A DNA stretch of 64,000 nt from positions 1-64,000 of the IMG/VR virus record IMGVR_UViG_3300032243_000867. The stretch is one strand, 5' to 3'. The notes below the pieces were generated by a model. It did not search any database, had not been told where the DNA came from, and worked only from the letters and a program-made list of their open reading frames with translations. The stretch's first letter is position 1, and the number at the start of each line of letters is the position of its first letter. Origin of the DNA: a virus. Its lineage: Duplodnaviria > Caudoviricetes. The position numbers and the translations under genes were made by a program. Below, one piece after another: positions 1 to 8,138 of this stretch.

Positions 1-294
1 CGTCGCCTCGCCGCGTGCCCACCGTCGTGCCGTCTCGATCGCTGCACGAGGGCGATCCTCGCCCGCGGGGACGTGACGGAGCGCCGTCTCGGCGCACGCG
101 CACGCCGCGAGCACCAGCGTCTGCCGGTCGAGCAAGCCGCGAACGTGCAGTTCGCCCAGCAGCCACATGAGCCAGTCAGGCCGCGGGCACGACGCCCACG
201 CAGCCGCAGCGTCGGGCTGCGTCGCGACCCACGCACGGGCCTCGGCGCAAGCGTCGAGCGCCTTGAGTTGGCGCAGCAGCGTTTCGGTGTTCAT
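1..294 (-). CDS. Imm5-like domain protein (truncated at window edge)
   Basis: Hand translation from ATG at 294: MNTETLLRQLKALDACAEARAWVATQPDAAAAWASCPRPDWLMWLL...LVLAACACAETALRHVPAGEDRPRAAIETARRWARGEA; AAGGAG RBS upstream; resembles the Imm5-like helical family. Confidence 0.6.
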   Translation of the reverse strand, partial: MNTETLLRQLKALDACAEARAWVATQPDAAAAWASCPRPDWLMWLLGELHVRGLLDRQTLVLAACACAETALRHVPAGEDRPRAAIETARRWARGEAT

Positions 295-316
295 CAGGTC
301 GATCTCCTTCTGCCCC

Positions 317-346
317 CTAACCGGACGGGAGGGGGGTCCATTAGCG
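317..346 (-). promoter_or_regulatory. 30-bp leader motif copy 1 (NNCTAA-NNGA-CCCCCC-N6-CCGGTTAG)
   Basis: cgctaatggacccccctcccgtccggttag on minus strand just upstream of the RBS of 1..294. Confidence 0.7.
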
Positions 347-403
347 CCCCGGCGCGGAATCGAACCGCGCTGACCCGCCCCCGGCGAACCGGGGGCGCGG
401 GGC
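342..403 (-). ncRNA. tRNA-like minihelix element 1
   Basis: Acceptor-like GCCCCGC/CCGGGGC (6 of 7 bp), central CCCCCGG-TTCG-CCGGGGG hairpin, T-arm CGCGG-TTCGATT-CCGCG, then G + CTA. Confidence 0.5.
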
Positions 404-412
404 GATGCCGCA

Positions 413-1084
413 TCACGCGGCGGGGATCACCGTCGTCCCCTTGGCACTCACCAGGGGGAGGCCCGCGAAGCAGCCGCGCACCGCCGCCCAGAGCGCGGTG
501 AGCTGGTCGGCGGGCACGGTCCACACCTTCGCGTCGGCGTCCCAGCGCCGCCCCGGCAGGGCGCGGACGGCGGCGATGAACCGCTCGTCGCGGGGGCTGG
601 TCACCGCGAGCACCTCGCGGCTGTACTCCTTCCCCTTGAAGGTCCAGCGGTCGGTGCGGGAGGCGATGCGAACCTCCCCGGCGACCGGGGCGGTCACCGC
701 GCCCAGCTTCACGCGGGCGCGCTTGGCGCAACGCGCGCCGAGCTTGTCGTACCCGAGGGCGTGGAGCGCGTCGGGGATCCAACGGGCGGTCTTGAAGTTC
801 GCCGCGAAGCGGTGAACGAGCACGTTCGCCACCCGGTGCGCCGTGGCGGCGCTCTCGTCGGTGATGAGAGACTCGGGAGCGCCGAGCTCGCTCCCGAAGT
901 TCGCGAGGATCGTGCGGGCGGCGGTCCAGTCGGGGGTGCAGGTCTGCACGTCCCGACCGTGCATCGCACGGCAGTCCGGCCCGACGCCCGCCTGGACGCT
1001 GTCGGCGTCCACGAGGGGCTTGCCGCAGCAAGCACAGTGGGTGGCGAGGAGCTTGGTGGCGGCGGCGTTCACGTAGTTGTTCAT
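413..1084 (-). CDS. Zn-binding DUF6011-like N-terminus plus HARP-like C-terminal domain protein
   Basis: Start MNNYVNAAA with GGGAG RBS; CACCGKPLVDADSVQAGVGPDC motif; C-terminal FIAAVRALPGRRWDADAKVWTVP. Confidence 0.65.
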   Translation of the reverse strand: MNNYVNAAATKLLATHCACCGKPLVDADSVQAGVGPDCRAMHGRDVQTCTPDWTAARTILANFGSELGAPESLITDESAATAHRVANVLVHRFAANFKTARWIPDALHALGYDKLGARCAKRARVKLGAVTAPVAGEVRIASRTDRWTFKGKEYSREVLAVTSPRDERFIAAVRALPGRRWDADAKVWTVPADQLTALWAAVRGCFAGLPLVSAKGTTVIPAA

Positions 1085-1142
1085 GTGATCTCCCTGGGGC
1101 CTTGTTGGCCACTCGGTTTCGGTTTCGTTCCCCCTACACTCC

Positions 1143-1172
1143 CTAACCGGAGCGCAGGGGGGTCCCTTAGCG
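1143..1172 (-). promoter_or_regulatory. 30-bp leader motif copy 2
   Basis: cgctaagggacccccctgcgctccggttag. Confidence 0.7.
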
Positions 1173-1220
1173 GGAATCGTAGGGGGCGTTCGCTTTCGCG
1201 CCGCCGTCCCCCCGCAACTC

Positions 1221-1250
1221 CTAACCGGAGGGGAGGGGGGTCGCTTAGTG
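1221..1250 (-). promoter_or_regulatory. 30-bp leader motif copy 3 (variant A)
   Basis: cactaagcgacccccctcccctccggttag. Confidence 0.7.
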
Positions 1251-1414
1251 GGAATCGTACGAATCCCGTAAGTACGCGAAACCATTAGGGAATCGGTCGG
1301 CACGGATTGTGCTACGCGCGGGCGCGGTCCTATTACTACGGGGGGCGGGGGATTGCCCTACGTTACCCTACGTTACGTTACGTTCAGAGAATTGAACGGG
1401 GCCGTTTCGATTTC
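1251..1414. repeat. Divergent control cassette core, copy 1 (direct repeat of 11891-12055)
   Basis: 48-nt block 1267-1314 is identical to 11907-11954 and 36-nt block 1357-1392 is identical to 11998-12033; contains TACGT tandem repeats. Confidence 0.85.
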
Positions 1415-1444
1415 CACTAATGGACCCCCCCGGCTTCCGGTTAG
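1415..1444 (+). promoter_or_regulatory. 30-bp leader motif copy 4 (variant B)
   Basis: cactaatggacccccccggcttccggttag. Confidence 0.7.
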
Positions 1445-1513
1445 GGGTTGCGGGGGGACGACGGGGCGAACGGTTCGCCCCGAACCCAACGGCTTTCAAA
1501 GGAGACGACGACC

Positions 1514-1867
1514 ATGACGACCATCCTCATCAACCTCACCCCCCACGCTATCTGCCTCCGCTCCGCCGACGGGGCCGACACGGTGATCCCGCCGAGCGGC
1601 ACCGTCGCGCGGGTGAGCTCCACCCCCGGCGCTCTGGAGGCCGTTGCGGGCATCCCCGTGCCCGTGGCCGGGGCCCAGACCTTCGGGGGCGTCGAAGGGC
1701 TCCCCGAGCCCACCCCGGGCACGATGTTCATCGTGTCCGCGCTCGTCCTCTCGGCCCTGCGCGGCTCGCGCCCGGACGTGGTGGGCCCCGGCACCGGCCC
1801 CAACGACGGGGCCGTGCGGAACGACAGGGGACACATCATCGCCGTCACCCGCCTCGTGCGGGGCTGA
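1514..1867 (+). CDS. Conserved phage hypothetical protein (INLTPH motif)
   Basis: AAGGAG RBS; MTTILINLTPHAI...PSGTVARV...FIVSALV. Confidence 0.7.
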   Translation: MTTILINLTPHAICLRSADGADTVIPPSGTVARVSSTPGALEAVAGIPVPVAGAQTFGGVEGLPEPTPGTMFIVSALVLSALRGSRPDVVGPGTGPNDGAVRNDRGHIIAVTRLVRG

Positions 1868-1903
1868 CGGGGCGACGACAACATCCCGTTCTGATCCGCC
1901 CCC

Positions 1904-1948
1904 CCTGCGAAGGTCACACGCTGGGTTCGATTCCCGGCGGCAGGGCCA
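1904..1948 (+). ncRNA. tRNA-like minihelix element 2
   Basis: CCTGC/GCAGG acceptor-like pairing (5 of 7), T-arm CTGGG-TTCGATT-CCCGG, then 7 nt + discriminator G + CCA. Confidence 0.55.
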
Positions 1949-1988
1949 ACCGACAACCGAGCGGCATCGCGCCGACAAGGAGACCACC

Positions 1989-2339
1989 ATGGAAATCGAG
2001 AAGTACGTCATCACCACCCTCACCACCCTCAACGGCTTCCGCCCCGAGCTCGCCGCCGCCCTGCGCGACGGCGCGACGGGCTACGAGGAGGGGGGCGAGA
2101 TCGAGCTCGCAGTCGATTTCGACTGCGATTACTCACCCGCCCGGGCGGGCGGGTGGGACGGGCCTGACGAGCCCGCCACCGTGGACTTCACGGTGCGGGC
2201 GGGCAACGTCCGCCTCACCGACCACGAGGTCGCGGCCCTGTGGCCCGACGACGCGGCCCTGAACCGCGACGTGCTCGCGGAGGTCGAAGGGGCCCTCGCG
2301 GACAGCGAGTGGGACTTCGACCCCTGCGACCTGTACTAA
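1989..2339 (+). CDS. Hypothetical protein (acidic)
   Basis: AAGGAG RBS, MEIEKYVITTL..., coding-like codon usage. Confidence 0.7.
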   Translation: MEIEKYVITTLTTLNGFRPELAAALRDGATGYEEGGEIELAVDFDCDYSPARAGGWDGPDEPATVDFTVRAGNVRLTDHEVAALWPDDAALNRDVLAEVEGALADSEWDFDPCDLY

Positions 2340-2364
2340 TGGACCCCCCCTCCCCCCCGGTTAG
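2334..2364 (+). promoter_or_regulatory. 30-bp leader motif copy 5 (31 nt)
   Basis: tactaatggaccccccctcccccccggttag; overlaps the TAA stop of 1989..2339. Confidence 0.65.
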
Positions 2365-2405
2365 GGGGGGCGGCGGTGCGAAGGGTTTGCCCCGCCCGCC
2401 AACCT

Positions 2406-2456
2406 AGCCACCGTCAATCGGGACACCTCGCGGTTCGACTCCGTGGGTGGCTACCA
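2406..2456 (+). ncRNA. tRNA-like minihelix element 3
   Basis: Perfect 7-bp acceptor AGCCACC/GGTGGCT, T-arm CGCGG-TTCGACT-CCGTG, discriminator A, CCA; only a 16-nt connector instead of D and anticodon arms. Confidence 0.65.
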
Positions 2457-2491
2457 AACCAACCGGGCCTGACGGCCCAGAGGAGAGTTCG

Positions 2492-2827
2492 ATGATGATT
2501 GATTTGGGTCTCACGACCCCGGGCGAGATCGCCCGCCTCCGCACCGACACCTTCGAGGTGGCCGCTGAGGACTACCTCGCGGTGGTTCACGTCGCCGCGT
2601 CCGCGGACGGCAACCCCGCCGGGGGTATGCCCTTCCGTACCGCCGTGACCGTCGCCGCCGAAGTGTGGCGCGACGGCATGGACGACGACGGTGACGGTGA
2701 GCCCGTCACCGACGCGGCGGGCATCGCCGCGCTGCTGGGCTGCTCGCCCGAAGGGCTCGCGGCCCATCTCGTCGAGATGGTCTGCGACCGTGCGCTCGCC
2801 GCGTACGAAGCCCGCTACGACTACTGA
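2492..2827 (+). CDS. Hypothetical protein
   Basis: AGGAG RBS; MMIDLGLTTPGEIARLR... Confidence 0.7.
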   Translation: MMIDLGLTTPGEIARLRTDTFEVAAEDYLAVVHVAASADGNPAGGMPFRTAVTVAAEVWRDGMDDDGDGEPVTDAAGIAALLGCSPEGLAAHLVEMVCDRALAAYEARYDY

Positions 2828-2841
2828 CCCCTACAGGAGAG

Positions 2842-3417
2842 ATGACCATGACCAAGTTCGCCGTTTCCAACGTCTGTTCAGCGTTCACCCCCTCCCCCGT
2901 CGGCACCAAGGTGACCGACGCGGGTGCCTTCACCGCAGCCCTCGCCCTCGCCGTCGAGGCGCACGACACGGCGGGGGACCGCACCCCCGGCCAGCACTTC
3001 GTGACCCTGCCGGGTGACGCCCTCGCGACCGTCTCGGCGGGCGTCGCCCGTCGCGCGGACGTGCCCGAGGACGGGTACGTTGTGCGCGTCCACCGGGGCC
3101 GCGCCGAGTGCTTCGCCGCGCGCCGCTGGCGCGCCCCTACCGCGGGCCTCGCCGCCGTCGTCTACACCCGCGCGGCCTACGCGGCGGACCCGCAGGTGAC
3201 CGCCGCCGAGGCGGCCTCCATCCCCGGTGACGCGACGCACGTCATCGTGGCGGTGCTGGCCTTCGCGGGGCCGCGCGCCCCCCTGTCCCCGCACCGCTTC
3301 GTCGCGAACCTCGCGGGCGGCAACAAAGACGCCGCGACGTACACGGCGGACGAGATGCGGGCGATGGCCCGCGAGATCATCGCCTACGACGACGAGTGGA
3401 TCGTCGTCGCGGGCTGA
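2842..3417 (+). CDS. Hypothetical protein, possibly DUF3228-like
   Basis: AGGAG RBS; VVYTRAAY...THVIVAVLA...PLSPHRFVANLAGGN; family assignment tentative. Confidence 0.65.
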   Translation: MTMTKFAVSNVCSAFTPSPVGTKVTDAGAFTAALALAVEAHDTAGDRTPGQHFVTLPGDALATVSAGVARRADVPEDGYVVRVHRGRAECFAARRWRAPTAGLAAVVYTRAAYAADPQVTAAEAASIPGDATHVIVAVLAFAGPRAPLSPHRFVANLAGGNKDAATYTADEMRAMAREIIAYDDEWIVVAG

Positions 3418-3429
3418 AAGGAGACCGCC

Positions 3430-3795
3430 ATGCGAACCAAGACCCTTGAGGAAAACATCAAGGCGGAGCTCACCGCTTCCGCCCCCGTGACCGTGCTGGA
3501 GTACCAGCCGGGGAACGGCACCCGGTACCTCCTGCACATCACCGACCTTCGGGCGCTTTCCGAAGCGCCCCCGCAGGTCACAGCGTACGCGGGTCACGGC
3601 GCGTACTACGTGGCCCTGTACACCCAAGGCCACGGGACGTGCATGACCATCGCGGACACGGGCGGGTACCTGTCCCCCGTCTACGTCGCCAGCAAGCTGG
3701 GGGTGGGCGAGGGCGATGCGCTCGTCCTCGCGGAGATCATCGCCCGGTACACGGGCCGCACGGCGCTGGACGCCAGCGTGGACGTGGCGTCGTGA
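3430..3795 (+). CDS. Hypothetical protein
   Basis: AAGGAG RBS; 121-aa ORF in operon. Confidence 0.7.
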   Translation: MRTKTLEENIKAELTASAPVTVLEYQPGNGTRYLLHITDLRALSEAPPQVTAYAGHGAYYVALYTQGHGTCMTIADTGGYLSPVYVASKLGVGEGDALVLAEIIARYTGRTALDASVDVAS

Positions 3796-4142
3796 ACCGC
3801 AAACTCGTTCGTAACGAGGGCGAGATCGTCGCCCTTGTGGTATCTGTCCTTGGGGAAGGGAACCCCAAGGCCCTCGAAGACATGCTGGGCATCGAGTTCG
3901 CCTACTCGGACGGTCGCTACCCCAGTGACCTCGAAGACGCCACCCCCTACGATGGGGACTGGTCGTGGGAGGACCAGCCCGTGGACTTCACCACCTACCG
4001 CCACGGCGAGGAGCCATACTTCCCGGCGACGTACCCCGCCTTGGCCCTGTACCTGTTCGACGATGACTTCGACCGGGGCGGGTCGGTGCGTACGCGGGTG
4101 CTGCTCTACGTCGAGCGCCACGAACTGGAGGGGGCGTCGTGA
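3792..4142 (+). CDS. Hypothetical protein
   Basis: GTGA overlap with previous stop; acidic/aromatic composition. Confidence 0.65.
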   Translation: MNRKLVRNEGEIVALVVSVLGEGNPKALEDMLGIEFAYSDGRYPSDLEDATPYDGDWSWEDQPVDFTTYRHGEEPYFPATYPALALYLFDDDFDRGGSVRTRVLLYVERHELEGAS

Positions 4143-4507
4143 GGGTCGCGATCAGCTACGAAACAGCCCTCGCGCGGCACCCCGCCGCCGTCGCGGAGGT
4201 GCTGGCAATACTCGCCAAGTCCCGGTCCAAGGACTCGGACTGCGACCCCACTCACTTCGCGTGGGCCTACTCGTGGGGCCTCTCCTTCCAGTGCGCCACG
4301 CTGGGCGAACTCCTCGCGGGGCGCAAACTCTCCGAGACCCGCTCGCTGGAAGAGCGCGTCGGGAGCATCTCCCTCTACGCCGACAAGGGCCGGAAGTACG
4401 CCTACTCCCACGGCACCTACGACTACGCCCGCGACGGGGCTGAAGCCCTTCCGCCCGAAGTGCGGGCCTATCACTGCGCGGAGCGCCCCGAACTCGAAGG
4501 TTCGTAG
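4139..4507 (+). CDS. Hypothetical protein
   Basis: GTGA overlap; 122 aa. Confidence 0.65.
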   Translation: MRVAISYETALARHPAAVAEVLAILAKSRSKDSDCDPTHFAWAYSWGLSFQCATLGELLAGRKLSETRSLEERVGSISLYADKGRKYAYSHGTYDYARDGAEALPPEVRAYHCAERPELEGS

Positions 4508-4608
4508 CGTAACCGGGCCTTCGGTCGGTATCCCGCTAGGGCGAAAAGTTACCCGACCGCTTCGGGGGGGGTCGGGCGACGGGGGTTTTCGCTACGAAGT
4601 TTCGATTC

Positions 4609-4648
4609 GCCGGGGCGACTCCCCTCGAAGGGAGTCGCCCCGGCCTTT
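4609..4648 (+). terminator. Intrinsic terminator
   Basis: Perfect 15-bp stem GCCGGGGCGACTCCC/GGGAGTCGCCCCGGC followed by CTTTT. Confidence 0.7.
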
Positions 4649-4699
4649 TCGCGTTCCGAAAGTTCTTCGGTCCGGGGGGCGTAACGGAAGGAGAGGACG

Positions 4700-4993
4700 A
4701 TGGATCGTGACCATGGCTTGAACGGGTGCGACTGCTGCGGATGCTCTCAAGGCTCCCACGAGGGCGAGGGCCTTGAGGCGTATGTGATCCGGGGGCGTTG
4801 CGAAACCTCCCGCCGCATCCGTGCAGGGGAGCGTCTCCCTTGCGCCGCGTGCGGGGAGGGAGACGTGGGGATGACCCCTTGCACCGCGTGCAAAACAAAC
4901 GCCGCTGACAGCGGCATGGTCCCTTACTCGGTGCTGGGGCTCACACCTCCCCGACCTCTCTTCAAGGAGTGGTGCGGGTTCCTCAACGACTGA
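4700..4993 (+). CDS. Cys-rich hypothetical protein
   Basis: AGGAGAGG RBS; CDCCGC, CAAC, CTAC motifs; GGGCGTAAC at 4677-4685. Confidence 0.6.
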   Translation: MDRDHGLNGCDCCGCSQGSHEGEGLEAYVIRGRCETSRRIRAGERLPCAACGEGDVGMTPCTACKTNAADSGMVPYSVLGLTPPRPLFKEWCGFLND

Positions 4994-5005
4994 AGGGTGT
5001 TGGTG

Positions 5006-5152
5006 ATGGAATGGGTAGTGGTCCGTGGGGGTTCCTACCGCTACCGCTACGGGGTGATGGTTCGGGCGGCGAAGGTCTGCAAAGAGCCTCCCGAGTCGCT
5101 CGACCGGGAGCCCGGGTTCCGCACCCGCCTACCTGTGAGGCAACCGAGATGA
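5006..5152 (+). CDS. VR-like micro-ORF 1 (FGE/CLec C-terminal segment only)
   Basis: Hand translation MEWVVVRGGSYRYRYGVMVRAAKVCKEPPESLDREPGFRTRLPVRQPR; stop overlaps next ATG. Confidence 0.65.
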   Translation: MEWVVVRGGSYRYRYGVMVRAAKVCKEPPESLDREPGFRTRLPVRQPR

Positions 5153-5319
5153 CCAAGAACGGCAACGAGTCACCGATCTTGGGCGTTCGCGGCGGCAACT
5201 GGGACAACGACCGTAGGTTCTATGTGCGGGTGTCGTTGGAGGAGATTCAGTTTGGCTCCCAGCTTCGGGGCACGGACACGGGTTTCCGCACCTCCCTCTC
5301 TGCGAGGCAACCGAGATGA
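5149..5319 (+). CDS. VR-like micro-ORF 2
   Basis: MTKNGNESPILGVRGGNWDNDRRFYVRVSLEEIQFGSQLRGTDTGFRTSLSARQPR; ATGA overlaps at both ends. Confidence 0.7.
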   Translation: MTKNGNESPILGVRGGNWDNDRRFYVRVSLEEIQFGSQLRGTDTGFRTSLSARQPR

Positions 5320-5471
5320 ACACCCCGTACTTCCGCATCCGAGGGGGATGTTGGATCGCCCGCGATCCGTGGTGGGTTCGCCCTGCGCTCGACACCCCAC
5401 AGAAAGCTGACGTGAACATCAACAGTCTCGGGTTCCGCACCTCCCTCCCTGCAAGGATGCACCGCGTATGA
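5316..5471 (+). CDS. VR-like micro-ORF 3
   Basis: MNTPYFRIRGGCWIARDPWWVRPALDTPQKADVNINSLGFRTSLPARMHRV; ATGA overlaps. Confidence 0.7.
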   Translation: MNTPYFRIRGGCWIARDPWWVRPALDTPQKADVNINSLGFRTSLPARMHRV

Positions 5472-5641
5472 GCGCCACCAAACTTCGAGAAGAATCCCAC
5501 CTTGTTCTTCGTGGGGGTTCTTGGAACCGCACGGGTACCCGCACCTTGCGTACCTATTTCAAAGGGGGGGAGCGACCCGCGCATTTCGACGACTGTCTGG
5601 GATTCCGCACGATGCTGCTGGGGCGTAAGGCACGGGCATGA
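5468..5641 (+). CDS. VR-like micro-ORF 4
   Basis: MSATKLREESHLVLRGGSWNRTGTRTLRTYFKGGERPAHFDDCLGFRTMLLGRKARA; stop overlaps the kinase ATG. Confidence 0.7.
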   Translation: MSATKLREESHLVLRGGSWNRTGTRTLRTYFKGGERPAHFDDCLGFRTMLLGRKARA

Positions 5642-6174
5642 AGCTCATCGTTTTGGAAGGCTGCGACGGCACGGGTACGAGCACCAACGCGAAGAAGTTG
5701 GGGGAGGCCCTCCAGCGCGAGGGCTACAAGACCCTCGTCTACCACCACCCGCCACATCGTCCGGGTGGGGGTGACTGGGAGCGGTCCCTGCACTACGCGA
5801 GGGAGCGGGCCGAGATGGCCACCCGCACGGCGGACGACACGGTGGTGGTGGCGGACCGCTGGGTGTACAGCACGGATGCGATTGCCAAGACCCTCGACGG
5901 CGAGGTTCGTGGGAGGCTGCTGGCCCTCACGGCACTGGAGAGGCAGTCTCTCCCGACCCCCACGCTCATCGTCCTGCTCGACGCCCCCGACGCGGTGCTG
6001 GACGAGAGGCTCACGGCCCGTGGCGAGTCTCTCCCTCCGCACCGTGGCGAGCTTCGTCGTGTGTACCGCGAGAGCATCGCCATGACGTGCGACGTGACGG
6101 TGAACACGGCGGGAGATAGCGGTCGGGTGTCTGACCGTCTGTTGTCCTTGGCCAAGGCTGCACTGGAGGACTGA
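5638..6174 (+). CDS. tmk: Thymidylate kinase-like (dNMP kinase)
   Basis: LIVLEGCDGTGTST P-loop, VVVADRWVYS, TLIVLLDAP. Confidence 0.8.
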   Translation: MKLIVLEGCDGTGTSTNAKKLGEALQREGYKTLVYHHPPHRPGGGDWERSLHYARERAEMATRTADDTVVVADRWVYSTDAIAKTLDGEVRGRLLALTALERQSLPTPTLIVLLDAPDAVLDERLTARGESLPPHRGELRRVYRESIAMTCDVTVNTAGDSGRVSDRLLSLAKAALED

Positions 6175-6175
6175 C

Positions 6176-6340
6176 ATGAGCAAGGGTCTACCGAGGGTCT
6201 GGAAGGCGACGGTCACGTACGAGGTGTACGTTCTCTCACACCGCGCCGACGAAGCAGCGGACTGCGCCAAGCTGAACCGGGACTGCTACGCGGACATCGA
6301 GCAATGGCTGGAGCGCATCAAGAAGGAGGGGGGCAAGTGA
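6176..6340 (+). CDS. Small hypothetical protein
   Basis: GGAGG RBS; MSKGLPRVWKATVTYEVYVLSHRADEAAD...; resembles the N-terminus of the next ORF. Confidence 0.55.
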   Translation: MSKGLPRVWKATVTYEVYVLSHRADEAADCAKLNRDCYADIEQWLERIKKEGGK

Positions 6341-6672
6341 GCGAACCCAAGCTGTACCGGGTAAGAATCGAAGCCGACGTGTACGTCGTCGCGGCCAGCG
6401 AGCGCGACGCCGAGGACTACGCCCTGCGGGAGAGTGACGTGGTGAACGACGCGATGGACAACGCCGACGCCACGGCTTCCGTCGTCACGGCGAAGAGTCT
6501 GAGCGGCGCGGAGGAGAACTGCCTCCCGTGGGTGGACGACGACTTGGAAGACGGCGAGGTTGACCGGGACCGCACGGTGAAGGCATGGGCGGAACTGAAC
6601 GACGCCTCCACGGCCCAAGCCAAGCGCGAGCGTGAGTTCAACGCCAAGCAACTGAACATCCCGGGGACGTGA
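6337..6672 (+). CDS. Hypothetical protein
   Basis: GTGA overlap with GGAGG RBS; VSEPKLYRVRIEADVYVVAAS... Confidence 0.65.
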   Translation: MSEPKLYRVRIEADVYVVAASERDAEDYALRESDVVNDAMDNADATASVVTAKSLSGAEENCLPWVDDDLEDGEVDRDRTVKAWAELNDASTAQAKREREFNAKQLNIPGT

Positions 6673-6887
6673 TGCGAACCTACCACATTCGCATGAGGGA
6701 CGACTACGGGTGGACCTTGGGGAAGGTATCCCCCGACGCGCCCAACAACAGCGCCGTTCTCACCGTCGAGCGGGACGGCACCCGCTGGGTCAGCCGGGTC
6801 AACGTGGACCGCCTGTCCATCGCAGACCTTTCCTCCCTCGCGGAGTTCTGCGCGCACGCGAAGCTCGACACCGGGCGCGGGACGTGA
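6672..6887 (+). CDS. Hypothetical protein
   Basis: Overlaps previous stop; 71 aa. Confidence 0.55.
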   Translation: MRTYHIRMRDDYGWTLGKVSPDAPNNSAVLTVERDGTRWVSRVNVDRLSIADLSSLAEFCAHAKLDTGRGT

Positions 6888-7052
6888 CCGTGGACGCGAC
6901 CCTACGGCAGACGAGCGGGTCATCCGCAACGGTTACCGTGGTTACCTTGCGGGGAGCATGGAGGCCATCGTAGACACCGCAGCCCCCTGCGAGGCGGTGG
7001 GGGCACGGTTGCTTGAGCTCTCCCCAGCGGCCCTTCGGGCGTAAGGTAGACC

Positions 7053-7712
7053 ATGAAGACATACACGTCGGGTGATCTCAAGGAAATCGTTCGACTCCAC
7101 GGACTGTGGCTTGGAGATCCCGCCACGGGTTCTCGGGCGACCTTGACCGGGGCGAACTTGTACAGGGCGTACTTGACCGGGGCGAACTTGACCGGGGCGA
7201 ACTTGACCGGGGCGAACTTGTACAGGGCGTACTTGACCGGGGCGAACTTGACCGGGGCGACCTTGGCCGGGGCGAACTTGACCGGGGCGACCTTGGCCGG
7301 GGCGAACTTGACCGGGGCGAACTTGACCGGGGCGTACTTGGCCGGGGCGACCTTGGCCGGGGCGTACTTGACCGGGGCGACCCTCCCCCCCTTCCAGATC
7401 GTTCCCGAGGTGGGCCAGTTCCGGGCCTTCAAGAAGGTTCAGGGGAACGTAGTACTGGAGCTTCTGATCCCCCGGTCGGCCCAACGGACTTCGACCCTCG
7501 TGGGTCGGAAGTGTCGGGCTTCCAAGGTCAAGGTTGTCGGTGTCGCTAGCGGGACCACCACGGAGACCGTTTTCCGGTCTCCCCACGATGAGGTTTTCAC
7601 CTACGAGGTGGGCAAGTGGGCAAGCGTTTCCGACTACGATGGGGACATCCGGGTGGAATGCACCAAGGGGATTCACTTCTTCCCGACCCTCAAGGAAGCT
7701 CAGGATTATTGA
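7053..7712 (+). CDS. Pentapeptide-repeat protein with DUF5758-like C-terminus
   Basis: About 17 A(N/T/Y)L-type pentapeptides; C-terminal KCRASKVKVV...YEVGK...ECTKGIHFF. Confidence 0.85.
   Translation: MKTYTSGDLKEIVRLHGLWLGDPATGSRATLTGANLYRAYLTGANLTGANLTGANLYRAYLTGANLTGATLAGANLTGATLAGANLTGANLTGAYLAGATLAGAYLTGATLPPFQIVPEVGQFRAFKKVQGNVVLELLIPRSAQRTSTLVGRKCRASKVKVVGVASGTTTETVFRSPHDEVFTYEVGKWASVSDYDGDIRVECTKGIHFFPTLKEAQDY
7134..7384 (+). repeat. 15-nt tandem repeat encoding the pentapeptides
   Basis: Units such as ACCGGGGCGAACTTG / GCCGGGGCGACCTTG / TACAGGGCGTACTTG. Confidence 0.9.
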
Positions 7713-7729
7713 TGACCACCGAGGACGCC

Positions 7730-7963
7730 ATGACCGTGGACGCGACCGTAGAAGACCTCCGAACGCTGATCGGGGACGTGCTGTTCCAACGGGGTTATGG
7801 TTCGGGGTCCTTCGACCCGTACACGCGGGATCACGAACCCGGTTGGCACTACGTCCAAGTGGACGCCCGTTCCTACGACGTTCGTAGGCTGACGGTCAAC
7901 GAGCGGGGTCGTACGGAAGCCGAAGCCTTGCGGGGTGTATTGGACGCCCTTGGAGTACCGTGA
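7730..7963 (+). CDS. Hypothetical protein
   Basis: GAGGA RBS; MTVDATVEDLRTLIGDVLFQRG...; alternative start 7712. Confidence 0.55.
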   Translation: MTVDATVEDLRTLIGDVLFQRGYGSGSFDPYTRDHEPGWHYVQVDARSYDVRRLTVNERGRTEAEALRGVLDALGVP

Positions 7964-8138
7964 ACCTAGATCAAGCCCGAGCTCTGACCGCACGGTTCCC
8001 CGCCTATTCCCCGCCCCCCGTAGCGGGCCCCCGGTAGCGGTGGTTTCTGCCGCTTCCCACCGCGCACCGTCCCCTGAAGCCGAGCGGCGACAGGGGGGTG
8101 GGCTGGGAGCCCGCCCCTACGGAGAACGGGGACAGCCA

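Noticed and set aside
6884-7046. Possible small gene; shares TGACCGTGGACGCGACC with the start of the 7730 gene
   Set aside because: No convincing start/RBS for the longer frame; may be a duplication relic.
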